Origin: Malacoraja senta
Taxonomy: Eukaryota
Assembly (NCBI GenBank): GCA_038087875.1
Contig: CM075989.1
Coordinates: 19,780,001 to 19,844,000 of the forward strand
Direction: 5' to 3'
DNA: 64,000 bases
In this document: piece by piece, positions 49,793 through 61,594 of the stretch
How positions within the stretch are numbered: the stretch's first letter is position 1
How the letters are laid out: every line of letters starts with the position of its first letter
Notes under the pieces: generated by a model
The model's database searches: none
What the model saw: the letters and a program-made list of their open reading frames with translations, nothing else
Told to the model about the DNA's origin: nothing
Translations under genes and position numbers: made by a program

Positions 49793-52570
49793 GATCTCCT
49801 GGTTGCTAACCATTTTAGCTCCTCTTCCCATTCTCATACTGACATTTCTGTCCTGGGCCTCCTCCATTATCAAAGTGAGGACATACTCAAACTGGAGGAA
49901 CATCATCTCATATTCCACTTGAGTAGCTTATAACTCAACAGTATGAACATTGAATTCTCCAGTTTCAGATAACTACCCATACCTCCCTCCTCCCCCGTAC
50001 TTCTTCCCACCACCTTTCTTACCCCTCCCGACCTCTCTCCCCTGAGAGGGGGAAATTTAACAGGAAATTCAGGGGCAATTTTTTCCACTCAGAGGGTAGT
50101 CCACATCTAGGATGGTAGATTCAAACTATAGGATCTATACAATAGAAGGAAACTATAGAAGCAGAAGCAATTGTGGCTTTTGAAATGTTTGGGCAGGTGT
50201 AGGATATGAAGGGTTTAGAGGCCTAGGGGCCAAATGCAGGCAAATGTGACCAACTCAGTTTGCAGACTTGGACAAGATGGGCCGAGGGGCCAGTTCCGTG
50301 CTGTATAGTTCTCAAACCACCTCTGGAGCACCTGCACTGCATCCACCTATTGCTTGCCAGGATTTGTTCTGCCCCTCCTCTCTTCCAGTTTTCTCCTCCC
50401 GACACTATCAGTCTAAAGAAGGGTTCCGACCCGACACTTATCCATGTCATCCATGTTCTCCAGAGAAGCTGAAGAGAGACACAAAATGCTGGAGTAATAA
50501 TGGAGTCCCTGACTCTCAGTCGGAAGAAGGGTCTCGACCTGAAAAGTCACCTGTTCCTTTTCTCCAGAGATGCTGCCTGACCCGTTGAGTTACTCCAGCT
50601 CTCTGTGCCTTTCTCAGTACTAAAACAGATGAGGCGACTCTGAATGATTTTTTTTTTTTAAACAGCGCATAGAGAGGGGAGATTTGCCTCACACCCACAC
50701 TCTAACCATAAAGAAGCAACATGCTAATACAGCAAGAGAGAAAGAGCAAGAAAAATATTTCTATTGTACCATTCATGACTTCAAAATTCCAAAAGAACGT
50801 CAAAGTCAATGAAGCTATTTCTAAAGACCATTCTTCTTTGTTATGGAGGCAAAATGTAATCTTTTGCTTGACGAACAATGGGCGGCGCAGCGGTAGAGTT
50901 GCTGCCTTACAGCGTCAGAGACCCGGGTTCCATCCCGACTACGGGTGCTGTCTGTGCGGAGTTTGTACGTTCTCCCTGTAACCTGCGTGGGTTTTCTCCG
51001 AGATCTTCGGTTTCCTCCCACACTCCAAAGACGTGCAGGTTTGTAGGCTTGGTATAAATGTAAATTGTCCCTAGTGCGTGTAGGATAATGTTAATGTGCA
51101 GGGATCGCTGGTCGGTGCAGACTCGGTGGGCCGAAGGGCCTGTTTCCACGCTGTTTATCACTAAACTAAACGACACAATCCCATAAGCAGCTATGATAAA
51201 TGCCCTTGTAATCTGTGTATTGGTGGGTTTGGTTGTGAGATAAATACGAGCTCGAGTACCATGACAACAGTCTTGTTCTGGGGATTTTTTGTGTCAAGTT
51301 GAATCAATAAAGGAGGCCTGTGACTAGGGTTGCCAACTGTCCCGTGTTAGCCGGGACATCCCGTATATTTCGCTAAATTGGTTTGTCCCACACAGGACCG
51401 CCCTTGTCCCGTATTTAACTGCTACTAGCAGCTTCTCCTCAACTTTCGGTAGGGTTACGTTCCGATAAACCCCTTTGTAAATCGAAAATATCGTAAGTCG
51501 AAAATACATTTAATACACCGAACCTGCCATCACCAGAATGTTCAGGGTTGGACCGACAGGCGCTTGTGGGTTTTCATTCTCCGGGTTAGTTCCCCCCCCC
51601 CCACTTCTCCCTCTCTCTCCTCTTCAGTCCTCTGCCTCTGGGAGTGTTTTTAATTTCCACGTTTTAATTATGAAATCTCTTTGGCGTCTCTGAACGTACG
51701 TTCAGTCTAAAGAAGGGTCTCGATTCCATTCCTTCTCTCCAGAGATGCTGCCTGTCCCGCTGAGTTACTGAGTTACTCCAGCTTTTCGTGTCTATCATTG
51801 TGTGCAAACGTTGCTTGTCCAAGGCCAACAGCATTATAAAAGACCCCACACGTCTCCATCATGGACTGTTCACTCTGCTGCCCTCGGGCAAAAGGTATCG
51901 CAGTATAAGGAGCAGAACGGCCAGGTTTTGCAACAGCTTCTTCCCCCGAGCCATCAGACTCTTGAATTCCATCTAATGTGCCGCTACTAGTATCTATTTT
52001 ATCCTTTTATCTATTTTATCCTTTTGTTATTTTATGTTGCACGGTGAGACAGATGCAATGAAATTTCGTTCAGACTTGCATTTATTGGTGTATTTTTGAA
52101 TGACAATAAAGTCTTTGATTGATTAAACCAGCATCTGCAGTTCCTTCCGATACAGTTAAGGAATAAGTTCTGTAGTTTTGGTTGAAAACAAAAAGGCAAA
52201 AACTGAGTGTACGGCCCTGATTCTGCTTTTGAGGACTTTACTGTGGACTCATTTTGGGGGTGGAGATGGGCATTGTTACAGAGGAGGAAATAGCTGAAAT
52301 GCATGGTCCAATCTCCAAAATCTGGAGTCAAAGATTCCCGGAGACTGGGTGCGTCATTCTTTCCATTGCTCAGCTGCAGGGAAATTCTGCTTTTTGACTG
52401 TTATGTGTGGACACCCAGGCTGACATGTTAGAGACGAGATAGGGATGAGATAGGGACGGGTGTTGTTCACCATTGGAAACTGACGTCACAAATTCCGTGA
52501 AGTTAATCTTGAGCTGAGTGACCCTGAAGTGGATGTTTAGGTAGGAACTGCAGATACTGGTTCAAACTGA

Positions 52571-52882
52571 AACCCCTGTCCCACTGTACGAGTTCATTCC
52601 AAGAGTTCTCCCGAGTTTGCCCTGATTCGAGCCTAGGAGATTTATGGTAATGGCCACTCGGGGCTCTCGTGGACATTTTTCATCATGTTGAAAAATCTTC
52701 CCGAGTCTTCCCGAGCTTACCTGCCGTTAGCGAGTCTTCCCGAGTACCTGCCCTTAGCGCTAAGAGACGTCCCCGAGCTCCGACGTACCCGCTACGTTCA
52801 TTCTCCATGCTTACCACGAGTTTGATTTTTTTTTAAACTCGGGAGAGCTCTTGGAATGAACTCGCACCGTGGGACAGGGCTA
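52571..52882. mobile_element. PIF/Harbinger-like MITE nested in a Penelope terminal-repeat element
   Basis: ~45-bp TIRs (CCCTGTCCCAC...GAGTTCATTCCAAGAG...CTCCCGAGTTT); 3-bp TSD TGA; host resumes TGAAGATAGACAC. Confidence 0.8.
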
Positions 52883-53446
52883 TGAAGATAGACACAAAAT
52901 GCTGGATTAACTCCGCAGATCAGGCAGCATCTCTGGATAAGTCTGAAGTTACCTCAGTCTGAAGAAGGGTCTCGACAGAGGAACGTCACCCATTCTTTCT
53001 CTCCAGTGATGCTGCCTGTCCCGTTAAGTTACTCCAGCATTTTGTGTCTAACTTCTGAAATAGATGTTGTTTAGCTTGTGAACAAGAATCCTCCACTTCC
53101 TGCATATACATGGTCCTATCTTAAATGCCACTACCTTGGACAAGGCAGTAACCCCCCCCCCGCAAACCCCCCCAATCCAAAACCTTACAGTGCTTTAAAC
53201 TTACTGTCATGTCTTGCCACAGGGAGGTGTCTGGGAGGGAGAGAGAGACCTGACTAGGGGAGTGTGGCACTGGGTTATATGGCAGGAGACACACAGGCCC
53301 CTGGCTGGGAAATGTTCAGTTTAGTTTATTGTCACATGTACCGAGATACCGTGAATAGCTTTTGTTGCGTGCTATCCAGCCAGTGGAAAGACAGCACATG
53401 ATTACAATCGAGCCTTTTACAGTGGATAGATACATGATAAGAGAAT

Positions 53447-53633
53447 GTGTAAGAAAGAACTGCAGATGCTGGTTTAAATCAACGGTAGACACAAACTGCT
53501 GGAGTAACTCAGCGGGTGAGGCAACATCTCTGGAGTTACTCCAGCATTTCACACCCGCTGAGTTACTCCAGCGTTTTGTGTTCTCCAGAGATGCTGCCTC
53601 ACCCGCTGAGTTACTCCAGCGTTTTGTGTCTAC
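53447..53633. mobile_element. Scrambled Penelope terminal-repeat insertion
   Basis: 14-bp TSD CATGATAAG(A/G)GAAT (53433-53446, 53634-53647). Confidence 0.8.
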
Positions 53634-54044
53634 CATGATAAGGGAATAACGTTTAGTGCAAGGTAAAGCCAGCAAAGTACAATGAAAGATAGTCCGAGGT
53701 CACCAAGGTAGATGGCAGTTCAGGACTGTTCTCTGGTTGTGGTGGGATACTTGAGACACTGGTGTACACAGAAGGGGGCCACTGGTTTGTCCAATGGAGG
53801 GGACACTCTGGCGTTTAATGGGGAGGGGTCAATTAGAGGGAAACACAATGTGCTGGAGGAACTCGGCGGAACAGGCAGCTTCCGTAGAAAGAATTGGATA
53901 GACAATGTTTTGGGTCGGGACACATCTTTAGACTGGTGGAGTTAGGGGAGAGTAGATGGAAATGAAAAGTGGAGGTAGGCAAAGCGGGGCAAGTGATAAG
54001 TGGATAAAGTGAGGAGGGTGATTGAGAAATGGGTGAAAGGAGAG

Positions 54045-54590
54045 ACACTGGATTGTCCAAGGGGATAATCTGAGTTGTCCAAGTGAGTGGCTTTGGGTTG
54101 TCCAAGGGAATAGAAACTGGGTGGTCCAGGGGGGATATCAACTAGGTTGTCCGGGGGGGATAGTCACCAGGTTGCCCAAGGGAGAAGCATTGGGTTGTCC
54201 AGGTGAGTGTCATTAGGTTGCCCAAGTTGGATAGTCACTGGAGAAGGGTTGAGAAGGGTCTGAAGAAGGGTTTCGGCCCGAAACGTTGCCTATTTCCTTC
54301 ACTCCATAGATGCTGCTGCACCCGCTGAGTTTCTCCAGCACTTTTGTCTACCCTGGATAGTCACTGGGTTGTCCAAGGGATAGGTTTGAGTTGGCCAGAT
54401 AGATCGGCATTGTGTTGTCCAGGAGGAGTCATTAAGTTGTCTAAGGAGATAGGAACGGGATTGCTCAATGGCAGTCATTGGGTTGTCCAAGGGGGAATAT
54501 ATCCACATTCCGTTATCCAGGGCGGGGGAGAGAGAGACAGGGCTGGGTTGCCCAAGGGGAATAGTGGTTGGGTTGTCTAGGATGATAGTC
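54045..54590. repeat. Degenerate ~24-bp minisatellite (GGGTTGTCCAAGGGGGATAGTCACT-like)
   Basis: Recurring GGTTGTCCA/GGTTGCCCA units. Confidence 0.75.
54242..54353 (+). mobile_element. Penelope terminal-repeat-only insertion with hammerhead-like core
   Basis: 14-bp TSD TGGATAGTCACTGG (54228-54241, 54354-54367); 5' filler AGAAGGGTTGAGAAGGG. Confidence 0.85.
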
Positions 54591-54639
54591 GGGAGGAAAG
54601 GGTGTGTGGAGGAGGATGAGGCATTTGTTTAGACAAAGA

Positions 54640-55460
54640 GGAAAGCGATGGTTAGAGTAGGGAGGGGCGCGCCATGTTGTGACTTGTCCGCTCCGGGATA
54701 GAAGCAACAGGCTTCCCCCCCACCCACCCACCCACCCCCACCGGCGCCTCGCTTCCCCCTGCAACCCACCGTCTCGATTTCCCCCAGCAGACAAGCCGTC
54801 ATCTCCTTCTCTCCCTCTGTCTCTCAGTCTCTGGCTTCTTATGACAGCCGGACTTTCTCAATATCTCCCCCCTCCCTCCCTCCCTGCCACGGCTAGGAGA
54901 CGGGACCCCACGGGAGGGAGGGAGGGAGGTGGGAGAGAGAGTGTGTGAGTGTTGTACTTGTATGTGTGGCTTGGATGTGTTGTGGGTGTGGGGAGGAGAC
55001 TCGTTTCCCTTCCAGAGGAGGGCGGATGAGGCAGGAAATCCGCTCCAGCAACAGTGGAATTGCAAAAAGCAGTCTGCAAGTTATTATTTTTTCTTCTTCT
55101 TGGGGGTTTGCAAGGGCCGTGAGTCTGGCTTGAAATGACCAGCGACCAGCGACTCGGATCATTAACTACTTGCTGGCCGCGGCGCTGAGAAACCGCCGGG
55201 ACTCGGACACAAGGCGCCTTGTACATTTCTCCCTCGTTTAAAGGTGGAAGCCCCTTTTAAATCCGACTGGGGCAAGAAGAAATCTCCCGTTGTTCAGCGG
55301 CTCCTGGCTGGTAAATATTGTAAACAGTCTCCTCCATCGTTGTGGCTCACGAAGGAAACCTACTGAACCCGGAGTTAGTAGGTTTTCTCGGGATTGAGTG
55401 AAATGTCCCATTTCGTTCCAAATCCCCAAATGTAAAATCAGCCCCCGGCTTCAGGGGAGA
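54640..55460 (+). promoter_or_regulatory. Candidate CpG-rich promoter / non-coding first exon of an unidentified gene
   Basis: Repeat-free and CpG-retaining; YY1-type CGCCATGTT near 54670; GC boxes; possible donor CTG|GTAAAT at 55310/55311. Confidence 0.45.
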
Positions 55461-55744
55461 GGGGGGGAGAGGTGGTTTGTCAACGAGGCATTTGTGTGTG
55501 TGTGTGTTTAACAACACACCGCGGCAAAGATGTCATGAATCCCACGGCCACTACAATGCTGGGAAGTTTGGAAAAATCTCGGGTTGGGTTTAGTGAAGGA
55601 GCCAGGCAGGCATTGGAGATAACATTGAAGAAGGGTCCCAAACTGTCCTTTCCCTCCCCACCCCACATGCTGCCTGACCTGCTGAGTTCCTCCAGCACTA
55701 TGTGTTTTGGTCTGATTCCCACCTCCCGTTAAACACCAGTTCTT

Positions 55745-56140
55745 ACCCCCTTCCTCCTCCCCCCCCATCCCCTCTCCCCCCATTCCCTCTCCCCCCAGCC
55801 CAACCTCTCCCCCCATCCCCTCTCCCCCCACCCCCTCCCGTTCCCACACCCCCTCTTCCCCATCCCCTCTCACCCACACCCCACCCCCTCTCCCCCACAC
55901 CTCCTCCCCCATCCCCTCTCCCCCACTCCCTCTCCCCCCCACATCCCCTCTCCCCCCCCACATCCCCTCTCCCAACCTTCCCTCTCCCCCCATCCCCTCT
56001 CCCCCCCACACCCCCTCTCCCTCCCACCCCCCCTCAAACCCCCCATTCCCTCTCCCCCCATCTCACTAATTCCCTTCTCCCCCCCCCAACCCCCAAATCC
56101 CTTCTCCCCCACCCATCCCCTTCATCCCCTCCATTCACTC
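55745..56140. repeat. C-rich polypyrimidine low-complexity tract (CCCCATCCCCTCT-like)
   Basis: ~400 bp almost entirely C/T with scattered A. Confidence 0.9.
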
Positions 56141-56387
56141 TATATTCATGAGCTTATCCAATATTCTCTTAAATGCCACTCTGGTGTTCCGGAGAAAATA
56201 ATCCAAGTCTGTCTGACGTCTCCAATCAGGGGAGTATTGAGAACAGAGGGGGAGAATTGACCAGGGGAGAATGGGCCAGGAGTGGATGGCAGGAGGCACT
56301 GACCTCTCTTTGTCCTAAACAAGGAGCTCTTATTACAAATTCACAGTTTACAAAATACTGCATTAATCAAAACAGCTATTCATGCAG

Positions 56388-56613
56388 TTTTAGTTTTTTT
56401 AGTTTTGGAGTTACAGTGTGGAAATAGGCCCTTCAGCCCACTGAGTCCATGCCGACCAGTGATTCCCTGTATACTTTGTTCTATTCTACACATGAGGAAC
56501 AATTTACAGAAGCCAATTAACCTACAGACCTGCACGTCTTTAGGATGTGGGAAAGAAACCGGAGCACCCGGAGAAAACCCATGCGGTCACAGGGTGAATG
56601 TACAAACTCCGTA
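56388..56613 (-). mobile_element. HE1-type SINE, 3' two-thirds
   Basis: Reverse tail and body. Confidence 0.75.
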
Positions 56614-57140
56614 CATTTTTCCTGCATCTACCCTGTCCAATCCTCTAATAATTTTATATGTTTCTATAAGATTCCCTCTCATCCTAAATTCCAGTGAATA
56701 CAAGCCCAGTCGACCCATTCTTTCATCGTATGTCAGTCCCGCCATTCTGGGAATTAACCTGGTGAACCTACGCTGCACTCCCTCAATAGCAATAATGTCC
56801 TTCCTCAAATTAGGAGACCAAAATTGCGGACAATACTCCAGGTGCAGTCTCACCAGGGCGCTGCACAACTGCAGTAGGACCTCCTTGCTCCTAAATCCTC
56901 TTGCAATGAAGGCCAACATGCCATTAGCTTTCTTCACTGCCTGCTGTACCTGCATGCTTACTTTCAGTGACTGATGTACAAGCACACCCAGGTTTCGTTG
57001 CACCTCCGCTTCTCCTAATCTGACACCATTCAGATAATAATCTGCTTTCCTGTTCTTGCCACCAAAGTGGATAACCTCACATTTATCTACATTATACTGC
57101 ATTTGCCATGCTTCTGCCAACTCGCCCAACTTCTGCCCAC
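56614..57140 (-). mobile_element. CR1/HER1 ORF2 internal fragment
   Basis: WQMQYNVDKCEVIHFG...LVRLHLEYCPQFWSP...LYSLEFRMRGNLIETYKI. Confidence 0.9.
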
Positions 57141-58367
57141 TCGCTAAAGCCTTCTGACTACCTTATCTGCCTCCAATTCTTTTGTTATTTTTTGTAAATT
57201 TATATCTTCAGACCTGTCGGGCAATCATTGACTCTAATTTTAGGGTTTGCATTAGAACTTGACAGATATTTGGAGGTTCCATTGCACGCTGCAATCTTAC
57301 ATATACCAGAATCCGTTCTCATTAAGACTAATAGACTATATCAGCTCGATAGTCTGTGAAAGTACAGAGTTGCAGGATGGCTTTTAACACAGAATCCACA
57401 GGGTGAGATAGCATGGATATTGCAAGGATGAGATGATGCCCCAGATGTACTTTAATTGGTTTAACAGTGTCAACTCAACACTTTTTGCCGCAGTCTAAAC
57501 AATATTAGTTTTCACTTCAATTCCTATTTGATTTCAATGTGACGTGGCCCAGAAACCGCCTCCAAAGTGTTTCATGCCACCTTTTCATGGACAATTAATT
57601 ATCTTTTTTGCTGGAGGGGTATCACAGCAGACTGCAACATCCCTTATGAATGAATGAATGAATACTTTATTGTCACATGTGACAAGGGACAGTGAAATTC
57701 TTTGCTTGTGTACCTAAGGTATACAAATAGCCTCCACATAAAGGGCGCTGCCAACGTTACAATGTATCCGCACCAGGTCCCCCTTTGTTCTCCCCCACCC
57801 CCACCCCCTCCCCACCTCATGGTGATCCCACCATTGTTCCTTCCTTTGTGACCAGAGCGATCTTGTACTTTATTTGGCTGCGTGAAGTAAAATATCTTGT
57901 CCCACACCTGCAGAGTGAGCTTCTAAATATTCTGTTTCCACTCAGTTGCTGGTTCTCACAATCGCACGTTCTTGTTTTGAGTAAATATTCTCTTTGCGTC
58001 CAAAAATAGGGAAGCTTTTCCCTGTGTAAGAAGGAAGTGCAGATGCTGGTTTAAACCAACGATCGACACACAAAGCTGGAGTAACTCAGGGGGAGATGCA
58101 GCATCTCTGGAGCGAAGGAATGGGTGGCGTTTTTCGGGCCGAGACCCTTCTTCAGACCTGTGTTGGCTCTAGTAAAATTGTATGATTGCTTTTGGGGGGA
58201 AAAAAAGATAGAGTGGGATATCACTCCTTCCTTCAAGAGTCGAAACATGCCACTTCACAAGAAACAGATACATTTCTCACTACGGTTCCTTTCTGGTGTC
58301 AGCACGGTGTTGCTAAACTCTCCATGGTTTTGGCAGGGAACTTGTTGAGGTGGAATTAAAAACATCG

Positions 58368-58664
58368 CAGTGACGCAGCGGTAGAGTTGCTGCCTTACAG
58401 CGCCAGAGACCCGAGTTCGATCCTGACTGCGGGTGCTGTCTGTACGGAGTTTGTACTTTCTCCCTGGGACCTGCGTGGGTTTCCTCCGGGTGCTCCGGTT
58501 TCCTCCCACGCTCCACTGACATGCAGGTTTGTAGGTTAATTGGCTTCTGTAAATTGTCCCTAGTTTGTGTGGGATAGTGCTGGTGTACGGGGTGATCGCT
58601 GATCGGAGTGGAATTGGTGGGCTGACGTGCCTGTTCCCACGCTGTATCTCTAAACTAAACTAAA
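58368..58664 (+). mobile_element. HE1-type SINE
   Basis: Head, body, tail. Confidence 0.85.
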
Positions 58665-58676
58665 ACAAAATCTCCA

Positions 58677-58991
58677 GTTTAGTTTAGTTTAGAGTTACAG
58701 AGTGGTAGCAGGACCTTCGGCCCACTGAATCCACACCCACCAGCAATCACCCTGTACACTGGCACTACCCTACACACTAGGGACAATTTACAATATTGCA
58801 CCGAAACCAATTAACCTACAAACCTGCATGTCTTTGGAGTGTGGGAGGAAACTGGAGCACCTGGAGAAAACCCACACAGGTCACGGGTAGAATGTTCAAA
58901 CTCTCTATAGACAGCACCTGTAGTCAGGATCGAACCCGGGTCTCTGACTCTGTAAGGCAGCAACTCTACCGCTGCGTCACTGTGCCACCCC
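58677..58991 (-). mobile_element. HE1-type SINE
   Basis: Reverse head, body and tail. Confidence 0.85.
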
Positions 58992-59574
58992 TGTTTTGTT
59001 TTCTCATGAAAATAATGTCAATGATGAATATATGACATGGATTAAGGTTTCAGGACCTCAAACCTATCCAACCACTCTTTTATAAATCATTTGGACGGAT
59101 ATATGGATAGGAGGGGATGATGGGGCAAATGCAGGCAAATGGGACTAGCCCAATATGCCAACTTGGTTCATATGGACAAGGTGGGCCGAAAGGGGCCTGT
59201 TTCTGACCTATACAGCTGCATAACTATTCTGTTAGATTATGGCTGACCTTTATCTCAAATCCATTTCTCTGCCTTTAGCTTCAGGTTTATAAATGTCACT
59301 GTCATTACATTGCATTTCAATGTAATAAGAAAATACCGTACATACATACAATCAACCTGAACACAAGTGTAATAGGTAGAACAAGAGTGAAGAGAGTGTA
59401 ATTGTCATTTGTACCGACAATGGAACTATGAAATCCTTACTTGCAGAGTGCACAACAAAGACGGAATCTAGTTCTCAGCACTGTAGCTTAAGTTCCAGAC
59501 ACAAAGTCTAATGTCTGTAATGGAGTAGAGGTGAAGGGGACGGTACTCTAGGTTAGGGAAGTTATTTCATAACC

Positions 59575-59862
59575 TCAGAATCGAGAACCAGAGGACATAG
59601 GTTTAAGGTGAAGGGGGAAAGATTTAATAGGTAACTTTTTCACTCAAAGGACGGTGGGTGTATGGAACAAGCTGCCCGAGGAGGTAGTTGAGGCAGGGAC
59701 TATTGCAACGTTTAAGAAACAATTAGACAGGTACATGGATAGGACAGGTTTGGAGGGATAAGTGGCAAAACGCAGGCAGGTGGGACTAGTGTAGATGGGG
59801 CATGTTGGTCGGTGTGGGCGAGTTGGGCCGATGGGCCTGTTTCCACACTAGGACCCTATGAC
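59575..59862 (+). mobile_element. CR1/HER1 3' fragment
   Basis: GGACATAGGTTTAAGGTG...GAGGAGGTAGTTGAGGCAGG...GGGCCGATGGGCCTGTTTCC. Confidence 0.8.
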
Positions 59863-60253
59863 ACTGTGAATCCCTTGAACAGATGTTCGCCATCCTCAAT
59901 TTAATTTGATCCAGTCTTTTGTGTGAATAAATTCCTGGTTTTCACGTCTTAATGTGAACAAGTCTTTATAGATATCATGCCGGGCTGCACTTATTAATAT
60001 CATGTCCTCTTTGTTCTGAGTTCTCGCAGCAGAGGACATTTTTTTCCATCTAATTTCTTTTTGATTTCCAACATCTGAATTAGATCAACCATGAATGTTC
60101 TGAAAGTGAGATTTTTGTCTGTTCCTCATGTTCACATTTTAAGCCCTGTTATAATCCGAACGAAACTCCATTGAATCCCTTCCAGGAGCAATGTATCTTT
60201 CGAGGTACGGTGCCCAGAACTCAAAATGGAGTTCCATTCATGGTCGGAACAGA

Positions 60254-60574
60254 GTTTAGTTGAGTTTGGTTTAGTTTAGACACAGCACGGAAACAGGCCC
60301 TCTCACCCACCGAGTCCGCGCCAACCAGTGATCCCCATACACCAGCACTACCCTACACACTAGGGCAATTTAGAATTTGTTTTACGGAAGCCAATTAACC
60401 TGCAAACCCGTACGTCTTTGGAGTGTGGGAGGAAACCGGAGCACCCGGGGAAAACCCAAGCGGTTGCGGGGAGAACGTGCAAACTCCGTACAGACAGCAC
60501 GCGTGGTCAGGATTGAACCCGGGTCTCTGCCGCTGTGAGGCAGTAACTCTACCGCTGCGCCACCGTGCTGCCCC
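60254..60574 (-). mobile_element. HE1-type SINE, full length
   Basis: Reverse head, body and tail. Confidence 0.87.
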
Positions 60575-61594
60575 TAGTGGGTTACAGGTGAAGGGTCAAT
60601 ACGATGAGAACATCATTTCTTCCCTTTAAAATTCACCTTTTATATTATAAACAAAAATAAAACAGAATCCTTAAAACAAACAAATCAAATTCCTCCCAAG
60701 ACCTATGGGGCGTAAATTCAAAGTGTTAGTGTGACTGTGGTACCTTGTTTCCCCCCGCAGATGAAGGCTTTTATTTGCTGGTTGCACGGGTTATTTGAGT
60801 ATGTGCATGAAATGGGATGAATCATTTGCAAAGTGTGCTGATTCCAGCATAAACAAAGTTTGGTTTGATTCAAGGTCAGTCATTTCCTTAATGGTGTTTG
60901 GTAAAAGGCAGTGTCTAGTTTAAATGACTGACTTATTCAGTTGAACTACATTTATTGTTGTAATAGGCCAGGTGTGAACCTTTACCCTTATTAACTTAAA
61001 AAAAAAATCTATTCATAGTCCAATTACTAAATATGAAAACTTCTAACACTTATCAAAAACATAATCAGAGTGCTTTGTAACCTGAACGGCAACTCAATGG
61101 GTAGTGGGTAAATGGAATGAGCTGCTGGAGGAGGTAGTTGATGCAGGTAGAATAATAACATTTAAAAGGCACTTGGACGGATACATGGATATGAGAGGTT
61201 TAGAGGCATAAGGGCCAAACGCGAGCAAATGGGACTAACTTAGATGAGGTATCTTGGTCAGCATGGATGACTTGGCCTGTTATAGACAATAGACAATAAG
61301 TGCAGGAGTGGGTCATTCAGCCCCTCGAGCCAGCACCGCCATTCAATGTGATCATGGCTGATCATCCCCAATCAGTACCCCGTTCCTGCCTTCTCCCCAT
61401 ATCCCCTGACTCCACTATCTTTAAGAGCCCTATCTAGTTCTCTCTTGAAAGTATCCAGAGAACCTGCCTCCACCGCCCTATGAGGCAGAGAATTCCACAG
61501 ACTCACAACTGTTACTGGGTTGTATGACTCTATGACTAGTATATGTTGATATCTCTAACTTTTAGTATAGACTTTAATAAACGGTGTTCCTAGG

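Larger units (their letters stand above)
42471..52259 (+). repeat. Copy B of gap-flanking duplication (with L1 and 342-bp target duplication)
   Basis: Collinear with 35345-42270 apart from scattered SNPs, homopolymer indels and 2860 extra bp. Confidence 0.97.

Noticed and set aside
52481..52488. Consensus CRE TGACGTCA
   Set aside because: A single 8-mer is expected by chance about once in 64 kb.
54045..54590. CRISPR-like array (also 17625-17800)
   Set aside because: Degenerate tandem units without unique spacers, eukaryotic context and no cas genes.
55508..56151. Proline-rich and glycine-rich ORFs
   Set aside because: Artefact of the C-rich low-complexity tract, which lacks stop codons.
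60761..60874. Acceptor-like TTTCCCCCCGCAG followed by ATG
   Set aside because: All three frames close quickly; unsupported without transcripts.
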